NCBI GenBank assembly: GCA_964534795.1
Contig: CAZHQK010000014.1
Location: 13,444-77,443 of the forward strand
Direction of reading: 5' to 3'
DNA length: 64,000 bases
Origin: an uncultured Acidobacteriota bacterium
Lineage (GTDB): Bacteria; Acidobacteriota; UBA6911
A program made the position numbers and the translations under genes. The stretch's first letter is position 1. Each line of letters begins with the position of its first letter. This document shows, piece by piece, positions 36,454 to 47,662 of this stretch. The notes beneath the pieces are model-generated. The model had not been told where the DNA came from. It did not search any database and saw nothing but the letters and a program-made list of their open reading frames with translations.

Positions 36454-37710
36454 TCACGGCTCGCTGCGCAGGCATTCGACCGGATCGAGGCGCGAAGCCT
36501 TGACGGCCGGCCACGTGCCGGAAAGCAGCCCGATGACGGCGAAGGTAACGAACGATGTCAGGAAGATGCCCCGGTCGACGAGCAGCCGGATGTCGCCCTG
36601 GCGGCTGCGGTCCTCGAATATCTCGCTGAGGAAGGGAATGGCGCCGATCCAGTGCGCGAGCAGGAGCGCGAGCAGATACCCGAGTATGCCGCCCATGATG
36701 CTCAATGCCAGCGCCTCTCCCAGAAACTGCATCCGGATGTGGCGCCGGCGGGCGCCGAGGGCCTTGAGGACGCCGATCTCGTGGGTGCGCTCGCGCACGC
36801 TGAAGAGCATGATGTTCATGATGCCGACGCCGGCCACCGCCAGGGTGAAAACGCCGATGATCGTGAGCAGGCCCTTGGTGGCCGCGCTCAGGCCGTCGAT
36901 GATGGCGAACACCTCGCTCGAGCCCCTGAAGACCAGGGCCTTCCGATCGGCGGGATCGAACTTGTGGATCTCGGCCAGCACCTGGCGCACCTGGCGCATG
37001 GCGGCCTCTTCCATGGCGCCGCTGGCGGGCTGGAAGACCATGACGCTGTTGTACTCGATGTCGCGCATGGTGCGCATCACGTCGATCGGGATGAAGGCGC
37101 AGTTGTCGTCCTGGTTGAAGTAGTTGGAGATGGCGATCTTTTTCTTGAGCACGCCGACCACGGTGAAGCGCAGCCCGCCGATGAAAATGTCCTGCTCGAG
37201 AGCGGGCGCGCGGCTGAAGAGCTTCTGCTTGAGGTCGTAGCCCAGGACGGCGACGCGGCGCATGCCGGCCAGGTCCTCCGGCGTCAGGAAGCGCCCTTCG
37301 GCGACGAACATCCCGCGCATGGCGCCGTATTCGTCGTTGACCGCGCGTATGCCGCCGGTCGCCAGCCGGTCGCCCCAGCGCACCTGCATCTCGTCGTAGA
37401 CCTCGGGGCTGATGCGCTTGACCAGCGTGCAGCGCCGGCGCACCGTCTCGACGTCCTGCGGCCGCGTGCGCACGATCCTGCCCGCGCGCGCGCCGCCGGC
37501 CTGCATCGAGGTCTGCCCGTTCCACACGATGACGATGGTGTCGCCGAAGTAGCGCAGGCCGAGATGCATGGCTCGCTCGAAGCCGTCGCCGTAGGCCATG
37601 AGCAGGATGAAAGCAGCGATGCCCCAGGTCACGCCCAGCACGGTCATGACCGAGCGCCGGCCGTAGGCTTTCAGGTTGCGCACCACCTGCTTCAGGATCT
37701 CGGCGATCAT
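36454..37710 (-). CDS. FtsX-family ABC transporter permease (LolC/E- or MacB-permease-like), second of a tandem pair
   Basis: 418 aa (MIAEILKQVVRNLKAYGRR...). Four TM segments plus a large periplasmic loop. Its start overlaps the upstream stop (TGATG). Confidence 0.8.
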   Translation of the reverse strand: MIAEILKQVVRNLKAYGRRSVMTVLGVTWGIAAFILLMAYGDGFERAMHLGLRYFGDTIVIVWNGQTSMQAGGARAGRIVRTRPQDVETVRRRCTLVKRISPEVYDEMQVRWGDRLATGGIRAVNDEYGAMRGMFVAEGRFLTPEDLAGMRRVAVLGYDLKQKLFSRAPALEQDIFIGGLRFTVVGVLKKKIAISNYFNQDDNCAFIPIDVMRTMRDIEYNSVMVFQPASGAMEEAAMRQVRQVLAEIHKFDPADRKALVFRGSSEVFAIIDGLSAATKGLLTIIGVFTLAVAGVGIMNIMLFSVRERTHEIGVLKALGARRRHIRMQFLGEALALSIMGGILGYLLALLLAHWIGAIPFLSEIFEDRSRQGDIRLLVDRGIFLTSFVTFAVIGLLSGTWPAVKASRLDPVECLRSEP

Positions 37711-38954
37711 CACTCGTACCTCAGCGCTTCGATGGGATCGACCGTCGAGGCCGTGAACGCGGGATAGATGCTCGCCAGTATGCCCACCGCAGCCAGGAAG
37801 CCGAACGCCGCCAGGCCGATCCCGGGCGTCACGATCATGCCCGCGAAGAAATCGATCCTGGGCAGCCGGTTCAGGAGGGCGCACAGCCCCCAGCCGATGA
37901 GGATCCCGGCGGTCCCGGCCAGGAAGGTCAGCGCCATCGACTCGGCGAAAAACTGCGCCATGATGCGCCGCGCCGTCGCGCCCACGGCCCGGGCGACGCC
38001 GATTTCGCGGGTTCTCTCCTGGACGGAAAGAAGCATGATGTTGCTGACGCCCACGCCGCCCAGGATCAGGGTGACGACGGCGACGGCGCCGAGAAAGATC
38101 TGCAACGAAGAGAAGATCCTGTGGATGAACTTCGCCTGCGTGACCGTATTCCAGACGGGAAGCGCATCCTCGTCGAGCGGGTCGAATCCCTTCGCGCGCG
38201 CCAGGATCCGCCGGACCTGGAGCTCGGCGGCCTCGCCCAGCTCCTCGCTGCGCGGCTGCAGGATCAGGTTCGAAAGCTGGTGCTTGCCTTCCGCCGCCTG
38301 CGGCAGGGGGAAATCGCGCGCGAGGGCGTGGAAGGGAACGTAGATCATCTTGGCGTCCGGGCCGGCGTAGTTCGAATTCTGGTCCTTGGGCACGAGGTCG
38401 CCGATGACGAGGTAGGGAAGCCCCGCGATGACGATCGCTTTGCCGACGGCCGGCTCCCCGCCGAAGAGCTGATCCTTCACCTCGTCTCCCAGGATGCAGA
38501 CGCGCCGCGCCGAGGTGTTGTCCCCTTCGTTGATGATCCGGCCTCCGGCGCGGACCTCGATCGTGCGCATGATCATGTAGTCGGGATAGACTCCGTGGAC
38601 CCGGAAGGTTCCGTGGTTCAGGTCGGAGCGCACCGGGAGGTAGCGCCCGATCTCGGGGCTCAGGCGCTGCAGGTAGGTGGCGCGGGCCTTCAGGAGGTAG
38701 TAATCCTCGAGCGTGAGGCGGATCGTCCTGCCGGCGCGGGATCCCTCCATGCCCTTGCCGGTGATGCCGCCCCAGACGATCATGATGTTCTGGCCGAGGG
38801 CGCGCGCCTTTTCCTTTTGCGCGACCCACATGCCCTCGCCCGCGGCATTCATCAGGATCAGGCAGATCAGTCCCCAGGCGATGCCGAACATGGTCAGCAG
38901 GCTGCGGGTCTTGTCGGCCTTCAGCGTGATCCAGGTCTGGCGCAACAGTTCCAT
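37710..38954 (-). CDS. FtsX-family ABC transporter permease, first of a tandem pair
   Basis: 414 aa (MELLRQTWITLKADKTRSLLTMFGIAWGL...). FtsX fold. Confidence 0.8.
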   Translation of the reverse strand: MELLRQTWITLKADKTRSLLTMFGIAWGLICLILMNAAGEGMWVAQKEKARALGQNIMIVWGGITGKGMEGSRAGRTIRLTLEDYYLLKARATYLQRLSPEIGRYLPVRSDLNHGTFRVHGVYPDYMIMRTIEVRAGGRIINEGDNTSARRVCILGDEVKDQLFGGEPAVGKAIVIAGLPYLVIGDLVPKDQNSNYAGPDAKMIYVPFHALARDFPLPQAAEGKHQLSNLILQPRSEELGEAAELQVRRILARAKGFDPLDEDALPVWNTVTQAKFIHRIFSSLQIFLGAVAVVTLILGGVGVSNIMLLSVQERTREIGVARAVGATARRIMAQFFAESMALTFLAGTAGILIGWGLCALLNRLPRIDFFAGMIVTPGIGLAAFGFLAAVGILASIYPAFTASTVDPIEALRYE

Positions 38955-38974
38955 GGGGCGGCCCGCGAGCGGCT

Positions 38975-40216
38975 TTACTGGAGGATGACGCGCTCGCCCT
39001 GCTTCAGTCCGGCGAGCACCTCGGTGCGCGCGCCGTTGCTCAGACCGGTCTTGACCGGCACCAGGCGCCGCCCGGTCGCGCTCGCCGCATCGGGCACTTC
39101 GACGAAAGTTTCGCGCTTCTCGTTGTAGATCAGGGCGCTTTCGGGGATGACGAGCACGCCCCGGTGCTCTTCGAGGATGATCTCGGCGTTGGCGCTCATG
39201 TTGACCTTCAGCAGCTCGAGATCGTCGAGGATGGAGACGCGCACCTCGAAGCGGGTGACATTGTCCTTTTCGACGCCCATGGGCGCGATGCGGAAAACCT
39301 CCCCGCGGAAGACGCGGTTCTTGTAGGCGTCGACGGTCACGCGCACGGGCATCCCGACGCGCACCAGGCCGATGTCGGTTTCGTCCACCCTGCCCTTGAC
39401 GTAAAGCTCGCGCACGTCGCCGAGCGTCATGATCAGGGTGGCGTTCGACCCCAGTTGCAGGATCGACGAGACGGCGTCGCCCACCTCGAGCTCGCGGCTC
39501 AGGACGATGCCGTCGATGGGCGAGCGGATGGAGGCATACCTCAGGTTCTCTTCGGCGCGCTCCAGTTGCGCCCGCGCCTGGTCGATCTCGGAGCGGATCT
39601 TGGCGGCCGTGCGGCGATTCTGCTCGAGCTCGGCTTGCCTGACGGCCACGGCGGCCTCGAGCGCTTGCTTGTTCAGCTCGGCGGACCTCAGCTTCTGTTC
39701 GGCGGCCTCGAGCTCCGCGCCCGGGACAAGTCCCTGGTCGAACAGCGAGCGGCAGCGCCGGTATTCGGCCAGGGCGAATTCATGATCCCGATTCTGCGCT
39801 TCCAGCCGGGCCTTGTGGAGCGCCGCCTCGATGGTCTTCCCCTGGGACTCGGCTTCCTCGAGCTTGCCTTCCGCCGCCTTCAGGATGGCGCGCGCCTCGC
39901 GCAGCTGCGCCTCGAGGGCCTCCTTGTCGAGTTCGAGAAGAAGCTGGCCCGCGCGCACCCGGTCGCCGGCGTCGACATAGAGGCGATTGATGATGCCGCT
40001 CGCCTTGGACTTGATCTCGACCTTTGAGAGCGGCTCGACCTTGCCGGTGGCGACCACGGAGCGGGCGATCGAGCCGACCTCGACCGCGGCCAGCTTCTCC
40101 GGCGGGATGCTCCGGTCGACGGCGAACAGGGAGTCGAACACCCAGTAGCCGCCGGCGAAAAGGAGCGCCCCGACGATCAGGATGAAGGAAATCGTGAAGA
40201 TCCGCTTTCTTGCCAT
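38975..40216 (-). CDS. HlyD/MacA-type periplasmic adaptor (membrane fusion protein)
   Basis: 413 aa. N-terminal TM anchor (ARKRIFTISFILIVGALLFAGGYWVF), long coiled-coil, beta-barrel domains. The track ORF extends 23 codons upstream of this start. Confidence 0.8.
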   Translation of the reverse strand: MARKRIFTISFILIVGALLFAGGYWVFDSLFAVDRSIPPEKLAAVEVGSIARSVVATGKVEPLSKVEIKSKASGIINRLYVDAGDRVRAGQLLLELDKEALEAQLREARAILKAAEGKLEEAESQGKTIEAALHKARLEAQNRDHEFALAEYRRCRSLFDQGLVPGAELEAAEQKLRSAELNKQALEAAVAVRQAELEQNRRTAAKIRSEIDQARAQLERAEENLRYASIRSPIDGIVLSRELEVGDAVSSILQLGSNATLIMTLGDVRELYVKGRVDETDIGLVRVGMPVRVTVDAYKNRVFRGEVFRIAPMGVEKDNVTRFEVRVSILDDLELLKVNMSANAEIILEEHRGVLVIPESALIYNEKRETFVEVPDAASATGRRLVPVKTGLSNGARTEVLAGLKQGERVILQ

Positions 40217-40343
40217 CGCCCGGCCTCCCTTCGGATTGCGCGCGCAGGTCCTTTCACCCTCGCCATACGAAAAAGCCCGCCCCAAGGTTCAATTTCGGTG
40301 ACAGGCTACTCAACCCCGAAACTCGCACGGCGCCGCAGGGGTT

Positions 40344-40365
40344 CTGTATACCTAATGGTATACAG
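40344..40365. promoter_or_regulatory. Perfect 9-4-9 palindrome ctgtatacc-taat-ggtatacag upstream of the adaptor/FtsX operon; candidate operator
   Basis: Exact inverted repeat with an AT-rich spacer, about 130 bp upstream of the MFP start codon on the minus strand. It lies in a 550-bp intergenic region. Confidence 0.4.
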
Positions 40366-40767
40366 AGCAACCGCTGAAATCCGGCGGTCGGCAACGAGTC
40401 GGCAGAACGTCGTCCTTCCCTCAGGATTTCTCCGGTCGCCGCTCGCCGTGAGGCTCCGCAGACAGCGGTGCGGAGCATTCGCTGGCTGGTTTTTCACGGT
40501 CGCGGGCACGGATGGCGTCACTGCTTCTCGGGTCGGTCTCGCCGGGCGCCGGCCTGGGATCGCAGGCCGGCGAGTCTGCCTCTCTTCCTGAAGCTCAGCC
40601 TTGAAGTCTTGTTTGCGCCGGTCCGGCACGCCGTGCCGGACGCAGGCCTGTGGGCCAATGCTTTCGATCCCGCGCGGCACGCGGAATCTGCCCTTGCGCC
40701 TCGGGGGTCTCGGTGACAGGCCGCTCAGGCCCGTGACTCCGCGTGAAGGATCCGGCGGAAGATGCGC

Positions 40768-41715
40768 TCAGTGGTACTTGATGACGACCAGGCTCATGTC
40801 GTCCGTGGTCTCGGCGCCGCTGCGCCGGTCGGCGATGATCGCCTCGCAGATTTCCCTGGCGCTGCCTTCGCGCGCGCTCGATATCGCACGCTCGAGGCGC
40901 TCTTTGGTGTAAGACGATGCGGGGTCGAGCAATCCGTCGGTGAAAAGGAGCAGGACGTCTCCCTCGCCCATGAGGTTGAGCTCGTTGACCGTGTAGCGTT
41001 TCTTGTAACCCAGCGCGCGCTGGTAGCGCCGGCGGTCTTCCTGTTCCTCCCCGGGCTGCAGCCCGATGGGAGGAAAACTCACGAGCCGGTCCTCGCTGAT
41101 TTCGACGAAGCGGCCGAACTCCCGGGAGAAGACCAGCGGCGGCGGATGCCCGGCGTTGACGAAGCGGAATCTTCCGGTGTCGGCGATCTCCCCGTAGATC
41201 ATGGTGATGTAACTCGCCGCATCCGGATCCATGGCCAGGTTGCGCGCGGTGGCCGATTTGCAGAAGCGTATATTGATGATCTCGAAGAGCCGCGTGGTGA
41301 TCTCTCCATAGTAATCCATCTCGTAGAGAGCGCCCGTGTGGAAAGCCTGGTTGAGCATGAGCGCGCGGGCGGCGTCGGTGAACTCGTGGCCGGCGACGTC
41401 CGCCACCAGGATCCCGCCCCGGCGCTTGAGGCGCTGCAACCTTTCGGCCTTGGCCGTGTGGCCCTCGGCGAGGGCGCGGGCGATGCGCGAATCCAGGTCG
41501 AAGCGCTGGTCGAAGTCGACGTAGGCGATCATGTCGCCGCCGGCGATCCCGTTGAAGGGGATCGTGGCGCCGTAAATGTCGATTCCCGGGATGGCCGGAA
41601 CCACGCCGGGCGCCGGCATCAGGCGCTGGGCCATGTAACGGGCCGCCTCGCGCAGCTCCTGCTCCAGGCCGGCTCGCTTTTCCGCTGGCATCGGGTCCGG
41701 TGAACTGTCGTTCAT
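40768..41715 (-). CDS. PP2C-family (SpoIIE/RsbU-like) serine phosphatase
   Basis: 315 aa. ILVADVAGHEFTDAARALM and LLLFTDGLLD phosphatase motifs. GGAGG RBS 6 nt before ATG 41715. The 410-aa track ORF runs into repeat copy D. Confidence 0.7.
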   Translation of the reverse strand: MNDSSPDPMPAEKRAGLEQELREAARYMAQRLMPAPGVVPAIPGIDIYGATIPFNGIAGGDMIAYVDFDQRFDLDSRIARALAEGHTAKAERLQRLKRRGGILVADVAGHEFTDAARALMLNQAFHTGALYEMDYYGEITTRLFEIINIRFCKSATARNLAMDPDAASYITMIYGEIADTGRFRFVNAGHPPPLVFSREFGRFVEISEDRLVSFPPIGLQPGEEQEDRRRYQRALGYKKRYTVNELNLMGEGDVLLLFTDGLLDPASSYTKERLERAISSAREGSAREICEAIIADRRSGAETTDDMSLVVIKYH

Positions 41716-41850
41716 ATTCGCCTCCATTCGGGACCGGATCGCATCACGGATCACGACATAATACCTGCCGGACCCCCCGGTTGTCTGCACCTGAGAGCAC
41801 TTCTTCTCGTCGAGTAGATGGTCCGCCGCGGAGCGGCGGACATAGCGTTC

Positions 41851-42068
41851 GGCCCCGGAAGGGGCCTTGAGCCGGTAGCCGGGGGTGAGCCGAAGGCGAA
41901 CCCCGAGGGCTGGCGGACTGAGGTTTCTGATATCTTCTTCTGCCGGCCCTTCGGGGCTTGTCGCATGCGGCTCCCTTTTCTCCAGGTTCGCTGCGCTCAC
42001 CTGGAGCTACCAGCTTCCGTCCCTCCGGGACGGACATTTCCCGCGCGCCGCGGCGCGGCGGACCAACC
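41851..42068 (+). repeat. Structured intergenic repeat, copy D, preceded by the gtccgccgcggagcggcggac hairpin at 41821-41841
   Basis: ggccccggaaggggccttgagccggtagccgggggtgagccgaaggcgaacccc...ttctgccggcccttcggggcttgtcgcatgcggctcccttttctccaggttcgctgcgctcacctggagctaccagcttccgtccctccgggacggacatttcccgcgcgccgcggcgcggcggacc. Confidence 0.85.
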
Positions 42069-42157
42069 ATCGCAAGCGGCGTGTCGCTACAGGAAATTTG
42101 CCTTCTTGCCTCGGGACAGGTATCGTTCAATGCGGCACCGAAAGAAGGAGGGTGGCA

Positions 42158-42496
42158 ATGTCCGTTTCCAAAAAATCGAGTACCGTCACGCTGCTGCTCA
42201 TGCTCGGGCTGCTTTCGCTGGCGGCTTGCGGCCGTGTCGAAGCGCCGGGCCCTGCGCCGGAGAGCCGGGCCCCCGCGACGCCCAGCCCGGCGGCGCTCGC
42301 AGCGCTCGCCAAAGCCGACGCGGCCGACGGCACCGCCGACAAGGTCGTTTCCAAATGCGTCGTCTGCTCGCTCGCCATGGACGGCAGTCCGGATTATGCC
42401 GCGACCTACGGCGAGTACGCCGTGCATCTCTGCTCCAAGGAATGCCGGGAGGCCTTTTTGAAGGATCCGGAAGGGATGCTCGCGGCGCTGAAATGA
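42158..42496 (+). CDS. Lipoprotein with a TRASH/YHS-type metal-binding Cys motif
   Basis: 112 aa. AAGGAGG RBS. Lipobox LSLAAC. C-x2-C-x21-C-x3-C (CVVCSL...HLCSKEC). Confidence 0.6.
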   Translation: MSVSKKSSTVTLLLMLGLLSLAACGRVEAPGPAPESRAPATPSPAALAALAKADAADGTADKVVSKCVVCSLAMDGSPDYAATYGEYAVHLCSKECREAFLKDPEGMLAALK

Positions 42497-42497
42497 A

Positions 42498-44777
42498 TCA
42501 GAAGCGGCAGAGATACGAGACCTTGAAAAAGAGCCCGCGCTGGGTGCCCCGGTACGTGCCGCCTCCCGGCACGAACTGTTCCCCGTCCCAGCCGCGCCTT
42601 TCGAAAAGCGAGCCGTAGCCTGCGTAGGCCACCGTACCCGGGACGAGCTCGTACGATGCGAGAAAATCGGTGAGGATGCGCGCCCGCGAACTGTCATACT
42701 GGACGAGCGCGCGCAGCGACAGGCTCTTGCTGATCTGGTAGCTCGTCCGCGTGTTCAGGATGTTTACCGCATAGACCCGCCCGCCGCCCGCCGGCCGGTC
42801 GAACCGGTCGCGCGTGAAACTGATCTGCTGATTCAGCCGGGAATCGGGTTGCAGGGTGACCGCCAGCCTGAAGTACCTCTCGTCTCCGGGAAAGGGATTC
42901 GCCGGGTCGTAGTAGATACCCCTGGACAGATTCAGGTTCGACTGCAGATTGAGCCAGCGCAGCAGTTGCGCCCCGCCCATCAGCTCGACGATTCGGATGT
43001 CGAACATGCGCCGCGCCCAGAACTCGCGCCCTCCGCCCACATGGAAGCGGATCACACCCTGGCGCGTGAAGTGGAACCGCAGTCCTCCGGCGAACAGCCG
43101 GTCGGTGCCCCCCTGGTTGCGGTCGCGATAGTCGCGGGTGAAGAGAAAAGACTGCACTCTCTTGAACCACGGACGGCGCTCCTGGTCGGGATACAGGTTG
43201 ATCGCCGCGAACGCCCAGCCGCCGGTGATCGCCGTCCGGTTGTAGAAGGCCGTGTCCATCTGGAAATCCCGGTCGTAGTGCTCGAACTGGCCGCCCGCCT
43301 CGTAGCGCTTGTCCGAGTATGCATAGAACACCTGTGCCGCCGCCCCTTTTTTCCCGGCAGCCCCGCCGGGCGCGCGCGTCTCCGATCCGATCGCAGTGGC
43401 GCTCACCTGCTGGTGCTCCTTGAACTGGAATGAAAAGTCGCCGGCGACGACCCGGTTGTGGGCGCCTGCAAATTCGGTGTCCGTGAAGAGCGCGCCGGCG
43501 TAACTGCCCTTGCGCAGGTTGTAGAAGGCGCGCGCGATGTGGAAATCCTTGCGCCTGCCGGCATACGACGGCGGAGCGTCGAGACGTCCCGGCGCCCGGT
43601 CCGAGGCCGAAAGCGTAGCGAAGGTGAAATTCCCCAGGCTGCCCGAGACCTTCCAGCCGTAAAGCGGATCGACGATGCGGCGCGTATGCACGGCGGTGCG
43701 CATGTTGCCTTCGCCCCCTGCGCCGGCCAGCCCGAAGGTCCCCATCCCCTCCATGAAGAACGGTCGCTTCTCGCTGTAGAAAACCGGGTAGCGCTGATTG
43801 ACCTCCACCTGATAGGCATCGCTCTCCACCTGGCTGAAATCGGGCCGGAATGTCCCGTCCAGCGTGACCGAGGAGGTGATGCCGTACTTGAGCGTCAGAC
43901 CGGCGTCGAGCCGCGAGTCGGGATCCCCCCAGGCGGAAGGCGACACGCGGGTCTGCCGCAGGGACCAGGTCACGTTGGGGATCGCCTCGAGCGTCAGCGG
44001 CCGCTCGAGATCGTGAAGCAGCAGGGGGGCGTGCCGGGTGAAGACCGAGGTGCCGCGCGGCAGGTCGGGCCAGGAGGCGGACGTCCCGAGACGACTGACG
44101 CGCCGCCAGAAGATCACTCCCATGCGCACCCGGGCGCCGCTCTTGAAGCGGATGCTCTTCAGGGGTATGCGCATCTCGACGTTGTAGCCTTCGGCCGTGA
44201 TCCTGCCGGCGCTTTCCCAGACCCAGTCGGGAGCGCTGTTTTCGCCCCCGGTGCTGCTGGTGAGAATGTCGCCCTGGATGCCGCTCGGGTTGACGAACAT
44301 GTCGTAGGAACTCTGGCCGGTGCCCAGGGCGTCGAGGCTCAGCCCGACCCAGTCGTCGTTCCACATCGAATCGCGGCGCGCGATCGAGGTCTTGATCCCG
44401 CCGGGCTCGGGGTCCAGGCAGCGGAAGGCGAAATAGATATTGTGCCTGTCGTATCCGGCGCGCACTTCGGTCTTCTGTTCCATCAAGTCGCCGTAGGACG
44501 GGTTGTAGGTCAACCATTCGCCCAGGGGCAGCGGGGGCATGTTCCAGGCGGAATCGTCGAGAGTGCCGTCGATCACGGGAGGAACGGCAAGGAGAGGGAG
44601 CGCGATCGGCTCGAGCTTTTGGGGCTCGGCGACGGACATACCGGCGGCCGGCTTCCCGTTTCTGCTTGCGGACTTGCCGGCCGGCGCCGCCGTTTGCGGC
44701 CCGGCATCGGCGCGCGCGGCGATCCATGCGAGGCATGTACACAGGACACAGGAACCGAGCCTTCCGTAGAGATTCAT
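42498..44777 (-). CDS. DUF5916 / carbohydrate-binding-module-9-like secreted or outer-membrane protein
   Basis: 759 aa. Signal peptide. N-terminal CBM9-like region, then a long Gly/Tyr/Phe-rich beta region. The alternative-frame 682-aa ORF is a shadow. Confidence 0.55.
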   Translation of the reverse strand: MNLYGRLGSCVLCTCLAWIAARADAGPQTAAPAGKSASRNGKPAAGMSVAEPQKLEPIALPLLAVPPVIDGTLDDSAWNMPPLPLGEWLTYNPSYGDLMEQKTEVRAGYDRHNIYFAFRCLDPEPGGIKTSIARRDSMWNDDWVGLSLDALGTGQSSYDMFVNPSGIQGDILTSSTGGENSAPDWVWESAGRITAEGYNVEMRIPLKSIRFKSGARVRMGVIFWRRVSRLGTSASWPDLPRGTSVFTRHAPLLLHDLERPLTLEAIPNVTWSLRQTRVSPSAWGDPDSRLDAGLTLKYGITSSVTLDGTFRPDFSQVESDAYQVEVNQRYPVFYSEKRPFFMEGMGTFGLAGAGGEGNMRTAVHTRRIVDPLYGWKVSGSLGNFTFATLSASDRAPGRLDAPPSYAGRRKDFHIARAFYNLRKGSYAGALFTDTEFAGAHNRVVAGDFSFQFKEHQQVSATAIGSETRAPGGAAGKKGAAAQVFYAYSDKRYEAGGQFEHYDRDFQMDTAFYNRTAITGGWAFAAINLYPDQERRPWFKRVQSFLFTRDYRDRNQGGTDRLFAGGLRFHFTRQGVIRFHVGGGREFWARRMFDIRIVELMGGAQLLRWLNLQSNLNLSRGIYYDPANPFPGDERYFRLAVTLQPDSRLNQQISFTRDRFDRPAGGGRVYAVNILNTRTSYQISKSLSLRALVQYDSSRARILTDFLASYELVPGTVAYAGYGSLFERRGWDGEQFVPGGGTYRGTQRGLFFKVSYLCRF

Positions 44778-44868
44778 CGCACCCTCCAGGCGCGCAGGCG
44801 CCTTTCCTTCAGACGAGGGCCTTCGGGAAAAAGTTTGCTTTTTCTCCCGGCGGAAAGGGTCGACGGGC

Positions 44869-46217
<1,349 letters not shown>

Positions 46218-46221
<4 letters not shown>

Positions 46222-47660
46222 CGTGCACCGCTTGCGGGAACCTGGGGCAGCAGCAGGCGGAATGCCGCACCCGGCAGCCGTCCCGGGATCTCCCGGAGGT
46301 CGCCGCCGGCGAGCAGGGCGTTCTTGCGCGCGATGGAAAGACCCAGCCCCATGCCGTTCTTCTTGAAGGAAATCGACGGTTCGAAGAGCGAGCGGCGCGC
46401 CTCGGGGCTCAGGCCCGGACCCGAGTCGTGCACCTCGACCGCGATTCCGCCGTCGCCTGCGGCGGTGACGACCAGCACGCGTCCGCCCGCGCCGGCCGCC
46501 TCGGCGGCATTCTCCATGAGATTGGTCAGGATGCCGCGGACCTGGTCCGCATCCGCCCAGGCTGCGGGCAGGTTCGCGCCGAGGTCGACCTCGTATGCCG
46601 TTTCCGTGTGGGCGGCCTGCAGCAAGCGGATGCGTTCCCGCACCAAGGCGTTGATGTCGAGGGCTTCGGGACGCACGGGGGGTTCGGCGGCGAACTCGGA
46701 AAACGCGCGCACGCGGCGCTCCAGGCTCTCGACCTCGCCGATCACGACCCGGGCGGCCTGCTGCAGAAAGGGGCGGCCGGCGTCCGGTTCGCGCGCCAGA
46801 ATCTCCTCCACGGTCAGCCTTATGGGCGTGAGCGAGTTCTTCAGCTCGTGCGCCATCTTGCGCGCCAGCGACTGCCAGCTCGCGATCCGGGTCAAATAGA
46901 GAAGCCGGTCCCGGCTCTCTTCGAGGTGCGCGGCGGTGTGGTTGAAAGCCTCGACGGCGCGGCCGACCTCGTCGCGGCCGCGCGCCTCGAGGCGCACGGC
47001 GAAGTCCCCGCCGGCCAACTCGAGCAGCCCGGCGGTCAGCTCCTGGATCGGGCCGCTGATGCGGCGGGCGAGGTATACCACGCCGCCGAGCGCGACGAGC
47101 CATACGGCGGCGCTGAGCACGATCAGCGTGTAAGTGAAACCGCGGCGCAGATCGCGGCCGCGCACGCGTTCGATGCGGTCCCGTGCCTCGCGATACTGCC
47201 GCGTGATGTCTTCCATGCGAACGCCGTTCAGGGTCCTCGTATAGAGCCGGACCTCCGGGCCGCGGCGCACGAGGTAATTCAGCCGGCCGCCCTCGGGCTC
47301 GGACAGGAAGAAGCGCTCCTGTTCGCCGCTTTCCCGGAACTGCTCGACGAATGCGGGCCAATCAGATCCCGCCGCGGGGATGAATACCCGCGCTTCGAGC
47401 TTTCCCGCCGCGGCATCGGCCTTGAGCTGGTCGCGCGCCTGCCGGTAGTACTCGCGCGCGATTCCTTCCAGCGACTTGGAGAGCCGGTCCAGATCCTCCG
47501 TGGCGGCATAGTCGAGGCTGCGGCGCAGCAAGGAGGCGCTCATCCACAGGATCGCCCCCAGGGGCACGAGCGTCGCCGCCAGGAACACCAGGATCAGTTT
47601 ATGGCGCAGCCGGAGCGGGGAATCTCCTTTCTCTCCGGCCGGCACCGAGCTCCGTTTCAA
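46218..47660 (-). CDS. NtrY-like sensor histidine kinase (TM, HAMP, HisKA, HATPase), non-ATG start
   Basis: HAMP and HELKNSLTPI H-box, N/G1/G2 boxes (NLMENAAEA, DSGPGL, GLGLSI). No in-frame ATG upstream of the first TM helix. A TTG at 47660 or a GTG at 47645 (GGAG RBS) is proposed. Confidence 0.65.
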
Positions 47661-47662
47661 GT

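Noticed and set aside
36454-38829. 791-aa ORF suggesting a fused double permease
   Set aside because: Two separate FtsX genes overlap by TGATG at 37708-37712. The upstream extension of the second gene reads the first in a different frame.
42694-44742. 682-aa alternative-frame ORF within the DUF5916 gene
   Set aside because: Arg/Pro/Gly-rich, low-complexity translation. The 759-aa frame has a signal peptide and domain-like composition.
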